Position numbers and translations under genes: made by a program. The notes below the pieces were generated by a model that had not been told where the DNA came from, did no database searches, and saw nothing but the letters and a program-made list of their open reading frames with translations. Positions 25,973 through 38,834 of a stretch of 64,000 bases of DNA are shown here, one piece after another (position 1 is the stretch's first letter; the number at the start of each line of letters is the position of its first letter). Source of the stretch: Chiloscyllium plagiosum (taxonomy: Eukaryota). The stretch covers positions 22,589,499 through 22,653,498 of the forward strand of contig NC_057720.1 in NCBI RefSeq assembly GCF_004010195.1, read 5' to 3'.

Positions 25973-26715
25973 TAAAAACAATTACTACTAATTTACAAAG
26001 AGAGGAAATGAGAAGCCAAGAAATACCTAAAGATTTTAGAATTGATTTTTCAGAATTGTTTAAAGAACTTCAAACACTGAACACATCATATTACTTTTCA
26101 TCATGAGGCAAGGACCTTTTTTTTCCACACTGAGAAATGTTCCTCACCCACTTTCGCAGAAGGTAGAGCACAAAGCTGACTCAGCGTTAAAACAAGTAGT
26201 TATCTCATCTATGACAAAGCCTACAAACTGGTGTTCAGATCTAGTGGCTGTGCTGAAATCAAATGCAACGCTAAGAATCTAGATTTCACAAAGTTAAATA
26301 CAGGCGTTGACAGGAAAGTTCATGCAACACTGCCTGTGGATGAGAATATGTCAAAATTGGGAAAGAGTTCAATTTTCAGCTAGATGTGAATAGCAGCTTT
26401 TCAGCAAATAATTATAGATGAAGAATCAAAATTGTTCACTACTTTTACTACTATTTTGGAGACACAGTTTGAATAGTAATTCTTTCACTTCATGCCTGCA
26501 CTAGAGATCCTACAGTGGACAATGTCAAATATCCTGGGAGAATTGGAAGGAATAATTTGCTACAGAGATGGTGGATCCACGACAACAGGGCACAATGCCA
26601 GAATGCTACAAAATCAACAAGAAGCAAGACTCACACTCAATAACTTTCTCACAACTATTATATTCTCAAGACCCATTGTCCATGTGCCAGGCTCAGAGCA
26701 GACCTTGAGAAAACC

Positions 26716-26957
26716 AAACTAATTAAAAAGTTAAAAATCACACAACACCAACTTATAGTCCAACAGGTTTATTTGGAAGCATTAGCTTTTGGAGTGCTGC
26801 TCTTTCATCAGGTGATTATAGACAACCACCTGATGAAGGAACCACACTCCGAAAGCTAGTGCTTCCAAATAAACCTGTTGGACTATAACCTGGTGTTGTA
26901 TGATTTTTAACTTTGTACACCCCAATCCAGCACCAGCACCTCCAAATCAAAACTAAT
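26716..26957. mobile_element. Fold-back Penelope-type element, family B
   Basis: About 90-bp inverted arms (aaagttaaaaatcacacaacacc...); core cac-CTGATGA-AGGA...TCC-GAAAGCTA-gtg at 26830-26858; direct repeat aaactaat at 26716-26723 and 26950-26957. Confidence 0.8.
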
Positions 26958-27774
26958 GAAAGAATTTCCACCTACTTGAAATATCACAGATCTTCAGTGT
27001 TTTATAAGGATGGTAAATCAAGTGGAGATGAACTTGGAAGTTTTAGACCAACTTGCTGTAACAAGGCTAGGTATGGTTGTGGGAGGAAGCCCAGTAAATG
27101 AGTTTTGAAAGGATCAACAAAATGTTAATATCACTGGACTTACTGGCTCATTATGATCCAAAGATACTTATGATCGTTGCTGCAGATGCATGATTCATTG
27201 GACCAGGAACCATATATGTCAAGATTTAGAGAGATGGTAAATATAGATCAACGTGTTATGCGTTTCATGCTACAAGTGAAACAGAAAGGAACTATGCTGT
27301 TATTTAGCTGCTACCTGGGTGTATGAAAAAACTTCTGGTACTTCCTAAGTCTTCAATTCACAACTGAGACTGACCATGAACCTTTGGACAGTACTTAAGA
27401 ATTAGAAACCTTGCAACAAGGGAACAGGAATTTTGTTTGATGTTGATGAGTTTTGCTGCTACAACTGACCATGGACAAATGCAAAAACAAACTAAAGCAG
27501 ACATATTGTTGAGTATTCCTAAAGGAAGACCTGCATAAAGGGATATTAATTTTTTGAAGATATCGAGACCTTTACTTCACTGATGACCAAGTATTGACCA
27601 AAGAGAACTGTTGAGTTAAGTGGTGTGTTACCTGATTCACCTTTGAATACTGACATAACATTCGGCGATTCTCATTTTCTAAAAATAATAATTGAAACCT
27701 CTCTGTTATCCTTAGTGAATTCCCATGTAAATTCTATAAAAGAAAAGTACTTTTACGCAAATGTTAATATTCAT

Positions 27775-28615
27775 TTGGTCAGACCACATTTGGAATTTTG
27801 TGGACAGCTTTGGTGCCCGTATCCAAGGAAGGATGTGATGGCATCGGGACGGAATTGAGAGGAAATTTACGAATATGACCCCAGTGATGAAGTACTTGCC
27901 ATATGAAGACCCTGGGTCTGTACTTGATGGTATTTAGAAGGGTGAGAGGGGATCTCATTGAAACATGCAATTGGATCTCAGAATACTGACAGGCCTGCAT
28001 TGAGTGGACATGGAGAAGATGTTCTACTTGTAAGAGAGTCTAGTACCAAGAGGCCAGCCTTAGAGTGAAGAGACAGCCCTTTAGAACTGAGATGAGGAGG
28101 CATTTCTTCAGCCAGAGGCTGGTTAATCATAGAATCCATACAGTCCAGAAAGAGGCCACTCAGTCCAACGAGTCTGCACCATCCCTCTGAACAGCATTCT
28201 CACCCAGACACATGCCCCCACCCTGTCTCCGTAACCATTTACCATGGCTGAACCACCAAGCCTGCTCACCTTTGGGAGGAAACCGAAGAACCTGGCAGAA
28301 ACCTACACAGACACATGCAAGTTCCACATAGTCACTCAAGGCTGGGTTTGAACCCAGGACCCTGGCACAGTGAGGCAGCAGTGCTAAACACGGAGCCACT
28401 GTGCTGCCCAAATCTGAGGAACTCATTGTTGCAGAAGCCAAGTTATTGAGTGTATTTAAGACAGAGATAGGTTCTTGATCGGCAAGTGGATTAAGGGCTA
28501 TGGTGAGAAGACAGCAGAATGGGTTTGAGAAACATAACAGCCATGATTGAATGGTGAAGTGGCCTCAATAGCCTGAATGGCTTAATTCTGCTCCAATACC
28601 TTAGGGTCTTATGAT
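27775..28615 (+). mobile_element. CR1 3' fragment split by a SINE
   Basis: LVRPHLEFCGQLWCPYPRKDV. Confidence 0.8.
28128..28408 (-). mobile_element. HE1-related V-SINE nested in a CR1
   Basis: Reverse complement of the HE1 head and V domain. Confidence 0.8.
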
Positions 28616-29970
28616 CCATTATTGAATCAGATGGCTGGGGGCAATCTTTCTCTCCATTAGATTTGGCAACCAAAAGTTTTTAAATAATAGATAATGAATG
28701 CTTGTGATTTTCACAGTTTTCAAGCAAGTAACTAAACCTACTTTGTGCCTACTTCTGAGCATCAGTGTGAAATGGGTAGAAATAACATTTGCAGTCAGAA
28801 CATGGAAGGCTTCGAAATTAGTTATGTTGCACTCACACTGACAAATGAATGCATTTCTATTACTCGAAAATAACCATTTTTTCTGCATACAGAGATAAGG
28901 GCAGTATATGGACTTACAACTAATTATTTGTCATTCAAGCAACCTAAGAGAAAACATTAGTTTCACTTGTTGTTGCTGTTGTTTTTTTTTATTTTCTGAA
29001 CACATTTCATTTTAATTTTAATGTCCCCAAGTGCCATTTTAAAATATCTGTGCTTGGCAAAAGCAGTACAAACAGATGAGACTTAAACAGGTCAAATGGT
29101 TAAGAAGTAAACTTCCTAGTGAGACTAGGCATGCTAGGAATTCATATTCGGGAGAAAATTTCAGTTACCAAATGAAACTGCACTTCAGTGAAGATTTTCT
29201 AGCAGAACAAATTTACAGGTTCACAATGCATTTCTCTCAATATGCTGAAAGAATACAGCATATTTGATGACATAAAGTATGCTTGTTCATAATCTTTGTT
29301 ATTTGCACTAAAACTGCACAAGTGCCTCCTTGAAAAATATTTTGTAAGAATAAGATAAATAAACTATGTTCTAATCACATTTAGATAGAGTCATAGAGAT
29401 GTACAGCATGGAAACGGACCCTTCGGTCCAACTCGTCCATGCCGACCAGATATCCCAACCCAATCTCATCCCACCTGCCAGCACCTGGCCCACATCCCTC
29501 CAAACCCTTCCTAATCATATACCCATCCAGATGCCTTTTATGCTAACTGATTTTCAATTAACCTATAATAAATCTATTTTGTTCAAAGAATGCTTACCAA
29601 CGTGCTGAGGTTTTCTCTATTCTTCAAATGAATATCAAGTTGGTTGGTTTGGTGTCATGAGATTTTCTAATATAGAGATATTTAGTCATAGAGGTTTACA
29701 GCATGGAAACAGGCCCTTTGGCCCAATGTGTCCATGCCACCCAGTTTTCACGATTAAGCTAGTCCCAATTGTCTGCGTTTGGTCCATATCCCTTCTTACT
29801 TATCCCATCCATGTACCTGTCCAAATGCTTCTTTCATGTCAAAATTGTACCCACCCCCACCACATCTGTGCCCTCTACCATGGGGAAAAGCTGATGGCTA
29901 TCTACCTTATTAATGCCTCTTATGATTTGATAGACCTCTATAATTCACCAAAGCCTCCTACACTCCAGTG

Positions 29971-30210
29971 AACGAGTAGGAGAATTGACATTTCGGGCAT
30001 AAACCCTTCATCAGGAATGAGGCTTGTGAGCCGGGGTGTAGACAGATAGCCATTTATCTCACTACCCCCTAGGCTCACAAGCCTCATTCCTGATGAAGGG
30101 CTTATGCCCGAAACGTCAATTCTCCTGCTCCTCAGATGCTGCCTGACCTGCTGTGCTTTTCCAGCACTACACTCTCAATTCTGATCTCCAGTAGCTGCAG
30201 TTCTCACTTG
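29971..30210. mobile_element. Fold-back Penelope-derived element, family A, inserted in a CR1
   Basis: Inverted arms; consensus hammerhead core ctgatgaagggcttatgcccgaaacgtc at 30090-30117. Confidence 0.85.
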
Positions 30211-30411
30211 CTTCCAGCGAAAGAGTCCTAGCCTATCCTTAAAACTCAAACCTTCCAGTTCAGGCAGCATCCTAGTAAATCCCTTTCTGCATTGTCTCTA
30301 GTTTTATTACATCCTTTCTATAGTAGGGCGGCCAGAACTGCACACAGTGCTTTAAACATAGCCTCGTCAACATCTTGTCCAGCTGCAACAAGACATCACA
30401 ACTTCTATGTC

Positions 30412-30647
30412 AGAGCAAATTACTGTAGATGCTGGAATATGTACTGAAAACAATAAATGCTGGCGACAACAGCAGGTCAGACAGCATCCACGGAGAGACA
30501 GCAAGCTAACGTTTCAAGTCTAGATGACTCTTCAGCACAGCTCTGAAGCTGAAGGTCTGATAAAGAGTCATCTCAACTTGAAACATTAGCTTGCTCTCTC
30601 TCCATGAGTGCTGTCAGACCCGCTATCTCCGGTGTTTGCTATTTTCA
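30412..30647. mobile_element. Fold-back Penelope-type element, family D
   Basis: Inverted arms with a decayed CTGA-N-GA-AGAGTC-atcta-GACTY-GAAACGTT-agc core; inserted in a CR1. Confidence 0.7.
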
Positions 30648-31269
30648 CCCCAACTCTTATATTCAATGGTCTGACTGATGAAAGCAAGCATGCCAAAAGC
30701 CTTTTTCACCACTCTGTCTACCTGTGCCTCCACTTTCAAAGAGCTGTGAACCCGTTACCCTGGATCTCTTTGTTCGATAACACTCCCCAGGGACTTACCG
30801 CTGATACAAATCCTGCCCTGATTTGACCTACCAAAATGCAACACCTTGAGATCTATTCACAGTCTTTGGGAAACAATTTGAAACCCAGCTCTGGTATGGT
30901 TAAAATTATTGCAATTTCAGTCTTCCACAATCAAAATCAAGACACTTGCATGTTTGTAGCATCATTCATTTACCCCATAAAATATCCCAAGGCACTTCAC
31001 GGGAGTATAACATACAACAGAGAGTGAAGTGGAGAGATTTTGGGAGGAAGTTCACGGGCTTTTGGCCTCAACAGATGAACTGCAGCCTGAAGTAGGGATT
31101 CACAAGAATTGTATTTGTACTATTAAGGTATCATCCAGTGAATGTACTGTTAGAGACCAGACCAGCCTCTTCCAAAACATATTATGGAGATGACCTACAC
31201 CCTACATTTTATTTTATTTTAGAGGCAATTGTGTTTCAGGTAATATTTGATCGGTTCATCACTCCGCTG

Positions 31270-32770
31270 ATTTGATTCCTGTACATTGGAAGTATACAAA
31301 TACTATCCCATCATTTTAAAAAGGAGTAAGAGAAAAAGAAAGAAATACCACCAACCCATCAGCCCAAACCAGTAGTAGAGAACGTTCTACAATCTATCGT
31401 AAATTATATGATAAATAGACACTTGGATAAAAAAATGATCTGATTGGGCATGGTCAGCCCGGATTGGTGAACGGAAAATCATGTTTGAAAAGCTTGTTGG
31501 AGTTTTTTTGAGGATGTTACTAGCAAAATTGATATAGGAGAGTTGATGTATGTTCAGAAAGCTTTTGATAAGTTCACCCACTAGAGGTTGGCTAGCAAAA
31601 TTAGGACATAATATACTGGCATGAATTAATGATTGGATAATACATAGAAACAGAATAGGAGTAAATAGATCATTGTCATATTACAGGCTATGACTAGGCA
31701 GCACCACAAGGATCAGTGGAACAGACTGAATGGCCTACTCTAGTTCCAATGTTTCACCATATGGTGTTCTAACAAAGTCACCTTATTTCTTATGACTCCT
31801 GATATATCTTCTTATATAGATGCTTTGGAGTTGGGGACCACGTGCAGTGTGTCAATGTCTACAGATAACATTAAGATAAGTGGCAGAGCAAAGTGTGCAG
31901 AGGACTGTGAAACTTTCCAAAGGAACATAGATACTTTAAATGAGTGGGCAAAGGTCTAGCAGATGGAATACAATGTTAATAAATGTGAAGTCATCCATTT
32001 TGGTAGGAGTAACAGTAAAAAGGACTATTACTTGAATGGTTAAAAGTTGCAGCATGTTGCTGTGCAGAGGGACTTCGGTGTCTTTCTGTATGAATCACAG
32101 AGAGTTGGTCTGCAGTTATAACAAGTAATTAGGAAGGCAAATGGAATTTTGTCCTTCATTGCTAAAGGGATTGAGTTTAAAAGCAGGCAGGTTATGCAAC
32201 TATATAGGGTGCTGGTGAGGCCACACCTGGAGTACTGCATGCAGTTTTGGTCTCCTTACTTCAGAAAGGATCTACTAGCATTGGAGGGGGTGCAGAGGAG
32301 GCTCACTAGGTTGATTCTGGAGTTGAGGGGGATGGCTTATGAGGAATGACTGAGTAGACTGGGATTACATTCAATGGAATTTAGAAAGTGAGGGGGATTT
32401 TATAGAAACTTATAGAGTTATGAAGGGAATAGATAAGATAGAAGCAAGAGGATGTTTCCACTGGCGGGTGAAATTAGGACAAGAGGGCACAGCCTCAAAA
32501 TTAGGGGAAGCAGATTTAGGACTGAATTGAGAAGGAACGTCTTCACTCAGAGGATTGTAAATCTATGCAATTCCCTGCTCAGTGAAGTAGTTGATGCTAC
32601 TAAGATAGATATTTCTTTGAACAATAAAGAAATAAAGGGATACAGTGAGAGGGCGGGTGAGTGGATCTGACTCCACAAAAAGCTCAGCCATGATCTTAAT
32701 GAATGGCGGAGCAGGCTTGAAGGGCCAGATGGCCTACTCCTGCTCCTAGTTTTTACGTTCTTATGTTCTT
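31270..32770 (+). mobile_element. CR1 ORF2 RT and 3' end fragments
   Basis: [40 protein letters not shown] and TRGHSLKIRGSRFRTELRRNVFTQR. Confidence 0.9.
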
Positions 32771-32779
32771 TATTTCCCT

Positions 32780-33845
32780 TCATCAAGAATTTCCCTACAC
32801 CTTGGCTGATAGGGTCCTCAACTGTATCAGTTCAAATTTCCATACTTCTCCTTCCTCCAACAACCACAATAGGGCTCCCCTTCTCTTATGCCACCACTGC
32901 AGCATCCACACTCAACAGACTATTCTCCACCTCCCCCATGCTGCCACTGTCAAACACATCTGCCACTCCTCTCACATTTCAAAAACACGATTCCCACCTT
33001 ATCATTTGGTCCACTCTTCCACCATGTCCAACACCTCTCCCCTTGACCTCTACACCTTGCCAAGGCACATTATCATCCAAGCACAGCAAATGCAAATCTT
33101 GCTCTGCCCTTCCCAATACCCAGGACTCCCAAAACCTTGGTGAAGCACTGATTTACAAGAACCTCTCGCAATTTAATACACCACTTTCATTGCTCACAAA
33201 TAGACCTCTGCTACATTTAGGAAACTAAACAGAAACAGAGAACGTGATTTGGAGATGCCGGTTTTGGACTGGGGTGTACAAAGTTAAAAATCACACAACA
33301 GGTTATAGTCCAACAGGTTTAATTGGAAGCACTAGCTTTCAGAGCGACGCTCCTTCATCAAGTGGTTATAACACCTCTGTTCATTATGCAAGAATGATAC
33401 CAAGTTTCCAACTGTCTTATTTTCTGCCACACTTTTACACTCACCTCTCTATCACTGGCCTTGTCCACTTCTCAATTAAGCCCTGACAACAAGACAATTT
33501 TCGAAAAAAAATGTCAATTTACAGCATTCCAGTCTCTCTGTTGTGTTCAAAATTTTTGTAATTTCTCAAAATGGCAACTGTTATCAATAATTCCATTACT
33601 CTCGCTTACACCTGCTCCAGATCCGACTTTCCTTTCTTTACTTGTCCCATTCTGATCCCCCTTCACTTGGCACTATTATTCCTTTTGCCAGTCCACCTCC
33701 ATGTCTTCTACCCATCGCAAACCTTCCTTTTTGTCCTTTCCCCTGCCCCTTTATCTGTTTCTGTACCTGCTTTAAAACCTGCTATATCCCCCCAACATTT
33801 CCCAGTTATGACAGAAGATCATCAGCTTCAAACACTACCCTGAAT
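32780..33845 (+). mobile_element. Old, degraded Penelope-like element 3' fragment, interrupted by a family B element (33245-33362)
   Basis: Degenerate YIGETK-like codons (ctacatttaggaaactaaacag), a C/T-rich UTR and a decayed pLTR motif near 33805-33838. Confidence 0.55.
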
Positions 33846-34390
33846 TTTACATGTCTCCAGAAATGGAAACTGAATTGAGGCCCCAAGTAAAATAGTGAGG
33901 AGCCTCGTCAGGATGGCTCCCTGCACTATTCTGTTAATTGAAAAATTTCCTGGTGGTGAGGCCCAATGAGGAGTGACTGCTCACTCTACTCAGGCAGGCA
34001 GTCAATTAGCATAATTGAGCACCATTCTCCAAGGGCACCGGAATTTTGCCAATGGTAGGACAAACCCTCAATCCACTGCCCCAGGTAGGCCAGCAGCTTA
34101 ACAAAGCTTGTCTCAATGCAGCAGCTAGAGTGTTTAAAGAAGCAGAGATTCAAAAGGATCTCCCTAGAGAGGTTTTCCTTTGTCCTTCAGCCCTGTGAAT
34201 TCTTAATTATTTTTTAGTTACCTGCTGGATTCTTGAAGCTGAGCCAGCAGCATAAGGATCTTGTCTACTGTCATTAATTGGTTGGTGGGCCCACAGACAG
34301 ACAGTTAGGAATATGGTGACATTAAAATTGCAAAAATGTACTGTTACCAGCAAGAGTGGGCTCGGGGATTGCTTTTTGACTTATTATCAG

Positions 34391-34587
34391 AGTCCTGACA
34401 CTCATAGTAAAATTAAGACTGGTAACTCTGTTAATCTCTCCACAAATGCTACCTAACTTTTTGAATACTTTCATACTGCTGCCTCACAGCGCCAGAGACC
34501 TGGGTTCAGTCCTGACACTCATAGTAAAATTAAGACTGGTAACTCTGTTAATCTCTCCACAAATGCTACCTAACCTTTTGAATACTT
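34391..34587 (+). repeat. 80-bp direct duplication flanking a 37-bp HE1 fragment
   Basis: 34391-34470 and 34508-34587 differ at one base. Confidence 0.92.
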
Positions 34588-34719
34588 GCATAATTTTCTA
34601 TTCTTTTATGGAAATTTGCTTAATTTCCCTCCTTATTTTCCGATTAACTTAATTCAGCACAAGATAATGTGCTCACGGTTGAAAACGTTTTGAATGTGAG
34701 TTGAAGAAGAGTGCCCGCT

Positions 34720-34817
34720 ATTCCTGATGAAGGGCTTTTACCTGAAACGTTGATTTTCCTGCTTCTCGGGTGCTGCCTGAACTGCTGTGCTTTTCCAGCA
34801 CCACTCTAATCTAGAAT
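34720..34817 (+). mobile_element. Penelope pLTR fragment, family A
   Basis: ctgatgaagggcttttacctgaaacgtt...ttccagcaccactctaatctag. Confidence 0.75.
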
Positions 34818-36199
34818 CTTGAAGAAAATTTACACAAGTCTAAGTAGTTTTAGCTCAGAGTTAGGGATTCGTACTTCAGCACCAATAATTTCGAGATGAT
34901 GGAAAGGTTGGTGGTAATCAGTCTTTTCAGATAATTTGTAAAGGAACCAGACAGGACAGAAAGCCACACTTTATTGCGAGGAGTTGGTGCTTTCTTGAAT
35001 GCACTGCTGAATGAGTGACAGAAATAAATTAATTGCTAAATTTTAAAAGGGAATTGGATACATTGAAAAGGAAAATATGGATGGCATTAGGTAAAGAGCT
35101 GAGCTATGGGAGCTGGTAAAGAGTGGGTACAGGGACAATGAACCTAGCACCGTTCTATACTATGCCTTCATATTCTGAGGATTCACTTTTAATTTTTTTT
35201 AACACAAGGTCAGTGCCTAATTTCAGTTTTGAAAAGAAAATGTTGTTCCCATTGTTTACATGTCAGAAATAGAATGTCCTTTCAACTCTGTAGCTTTTAC
35301 ATAGAGGAAAATGCCTTTCAAAAACTTTATTCAATTCCTATAGTGCAAAGACATAAGGCAAAACAGCAAGAAAGAAATGAAAGTTGAAATGGAAGATTTA
35401 AACAATCTTTTAATACCGATAAGAATTCCAATGAAAAGGAAAGACTCGTTTTTCCAATTCCGCAGCTGCATCTTTGATATCTCTCATCCAATTTGTAGCA
35501 AGATTACAGATAGAAACTATTTTCACATATTTACTAAATATTATTTTGCAACATCATTAATTGTATACATTGTCTTTGGTAGATTATTCTGTACAGTTGT
35601 TATTTGGCTTCATCATAGGACGTTTCTCTTCCTTATCCACACTTCTCTTGCCTCCCCAAATACCTTGCTAAAAAGAAATCACTTAGAACTGTAGTCTGTG
35701 GAGGATTATGAGGAAAAATGCGGGCATAGACCTTCGGTATTCTCTGCCTTATTCTGCTAGCACAGGAAAGAAAATTATGCAAAGGTGTAGGTTTTGCCTT
35801 ACTTTGATCAATTGATTGATTTATTGTCATATGTATTTATTACAAATATAGTGAAAAATGTTGTATAATGTCACTGCTCTCCTGGGCCATCTTACAACAT
35901 AGAAATAAACCAGACATAGAGAATAAAGGTAGGAAAATAAAGAAATAAAGTTAAAAGTTCAACATCGCAGACCTTCAGAGCAGATCGGTGGAGGTTCAGG
36001 TGAAAAAAAATCTTTAAAAACAGTAAGTTAAAAGGAAGTACTTGCCTTAACAAAATCTCAAGCCAAAGAATTATTTTTGACCTGTACTTACTATGGATAT
36101 ACAGGAAGTACAGTACACAGCAAGACTTCACAAGAACAGAAATAATGAAAGATTAATCTGTCTTAATGAAGGATAAATATTGGTCAGGAGTCTGAGAGA

Positions 36200-38825
36200 A
36201 CTGTGGGTTTATTCACATTGGTGATAAAAAACAAAAAAAGCAGGATATATTCTTCTAGGTTTGCAGCTTCTAAAACATTGATGTTCAAAAGTTCTTCGGT
36301 GTAGCCATGCAAGAATATAGAAAGCATGCAGGCTACTGCAAGCAGTCAGAAAGACAAATGGTATGTTGGACTTCATTGCAAAAGCACTGGAGTACAATTA
36401 CAAATAAATATTTTGACAACTGTTTAAGGCTTTTGTGAGACTAGGCCAGAAATATTATGCATGTGGATTCGGTCTTCATTACTAAGTAAGACTATAATTG
36501 GATTGGAGGACTGGATAGTGAAGATTCTTTAGTTTCATTTGTGGGAGAGTTTTCCTAAAATGAGAGGATGAGCAAATTCTGTTATTACTCTCTGGAGTTT
36601 AAAATAATGATAGTTCATCTGATTAAAACATACAACATCCTGAAGAGAATTACTAAGATACAAGGTGGAAGGATGCTTCCACTGACTGGGGAACCTAGAT
36701 CATGGTGCACAATTGCAGAATAAGGGAGTTATCATTTAGGATTCAAATATGGGAAACGCTAAAAGTTATAACCCTTTGGGACTGTCTATATTGAGGGCTG
36801 TTGATACTCTGCCATTAAGTATACTTAAGGTGAAAGACCATCAGACCATAAGAATAGGACCAGAGACAATAACAGAAATTGCTGGAAACGCTCAGCAAGT
36901 CTGGCAGCACAGTTCTGAGGAAAGGTCCCTCAAGCTGAAACACTAACTCTGATTTCTCACCATAGATGCTGCCAGACCTGCAGAGTTTTTTTTCCAGTGG
37001 TTTCTGGTTTTGTTTCTGATTTACAGAATCTGCAATTCTTTCAGATTTTAGTTAGAATAGGAGCAGGCATAGGTCATTCCACCAGTCAATGAGAACTTAG
37101 TTGATTTGATAACCTTCAATTCAGGAAATTACAGAGCAGGCGAGGCTCACGTTAGTGGTAAGGGAACTATTCAAGAAAATTCAGAAGAAGAGAATTAACA
37201 TCCACTTGGAAAGGCATGGGTTAATTAGGAATAGTCAGCAATGGCTTTGTTAGAGTAGGTCAAGCCAAGCAAATTTGTTAGAATTTTTCAAAAAGGTGAT
37301 CACATATGTGAATGAGGGAAGTTCAGTCGATGCAGTTTATATGGATTTTAGAAAAACTTTTGAGAAGGTCCCACCTGGGAGACTGATTGAGAAGGTTAAA
37401 GTGCATGGAATTGAGGGAAACTTGGCAAGATAGATCAGAAACTGGCTTAGTAATAGTATACAAAGAGGAGAGATAGGAGCATATTCAACTGACTGGAGGT
37501 CAGTGTTCAGCTGCATACCACAGGGATCACTACTGGGACCTTGTCTTTTTTTATTCATTCATGGGATAAGGGTGTCACTGGCTAGGCAGCAATTATTAGG
37601 CGTAGGTGAGGACTGCAGATACTGGAGATTAGAGTCGAGAATGTGGTGTTGAAAAAGCACAGCAGGTCAGGCAGCATCTGAGGAGCAGGAAATTAAACAT
37701 TTTGGGCAAAACCCTTCATCAGGAAAGGTTTTACTGATGAAGGGCTTTTGCCCGAAACGTTGATTTTCCTGCTCCTTGGATGCTGCCTGACCTGCTGTCC
37801 TTTTCCAGCAACACACTATTGAGGCAGCGTCTATTGCCCATCCCCAACTGCCCAGAGGGTAGTTAAGAATCAACCACATTGCTGTGGGTCTGGAGTTATA
37901 TGTAGGCCATTACCTCCCCTTATTGTTCATTTTATACATATACAGTGTAACCAATATAGATGAAATGTGGGGGAATGTTAAGTAGGTGTCACCAAGATTG
38001 GTAGATTGGGAAATATTGAAGAAGATGCTTATAGGTTACAGCAAGATATAAGTGGGTTTGTCAGATGGGTAGAGCTGTAGCAGATGGCATTTAACCCTGA
38101 TAAGTGAGAAGTAGTGCACTTTGGAAGAAGAAACAAGATAAGGGAATATTTAATGATTGGTAGCTTAGGGGGAACAGAAAGATTTAGGGGTAATAATTCA
38201 CAGATCGCTGTAGAGGACAGAGCACATGAATAGGGTAGTTAAGAAGGCATATGGGACACTTGCTTTCATCAGTCATGGAATAGAGTATAAGACCAAGGAG
38301 GTAATGTTGGAGTTACACAGAGTGTTGGTTAGACCATGGTTGGAGTACTGTGTGTGATTCTGGTCACCTTACTACATGAAGGATATGATAAGACTGGAGA
38401 GGGGACAAAGGATGTTGCCTGGGATGGACAAATTGAGTTATAAGGAGAGACAAAATAGGTTTGGATTGTTTCCTTGACAGAAAAGAAAACTGAGGGGGGA
38501 CATGATTGACATGTATAAGATTATGAGGAATATGGACAGGGTGAATAGCGAGCAGCTGTTCCCCTTGGTTGAGCAGCTATCACGAGGGGCATAGTTTTAG
38601 GGGAAGGGGATGGACATGCAGAGGAGATTCAAGAGAAACTTTTCTCATTCAGAAGCTGATAGGAATCTGGAATGTCCTACCTGGAAAAATAATGGAGACT
38701 GGAAATCTTACAACCTTTAAAATATATTTGGTTGACCACATGAAATATCTTAACATTCAAGGATATGGGACAAGTGCAGGAAATTGAGATTAGCATGTTT
38801 TTAGTGGTAGTTAATGACTCTGTTT
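36200..38825 (+). mobile_element. CR1 ORF2 fragments (two or more elements, nested)
   Basis: RT remnant DAVYMDFRKTFEKVP and C-terminal GHSFRGRG...FLIQKLIGIWNVLP. Confidence 0.8.
37605..37818. mobile_element. Fold-back Penelope-derived element, family A
   Basis: Inverted arms; hammerhead core at 37734-37761. Confidence 0.8.
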
Positions 38826-38834
38826 CTCTTTCAG

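Larger units (their letters stand above)
25330..27600 (+). mobile_element. Degraded Ty3/Gypsy LTR-retrotransposon pol fossil (protease, RT, RNase H)
   Basis: Frameshifted motifs FKLGTRVGVLVLSD (protease, FKLDTGA-like), KPTNWCSDLVAVLKSNATLRI, DFTKLN, ILGELEGIICY, LLAHYDP, VAADA and TETDHEPL. Interrupted by an HE1 and a family B element. Confidence 0.85.
29385..30845 (-). mobile_element. HER1-like CR1 3' fragments (nested with family A and D elements)
   Basis: Tails gagtcatagagatgtacagcatggaaac; ORF2 C-terminal remnants. Confidence 0.75.
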
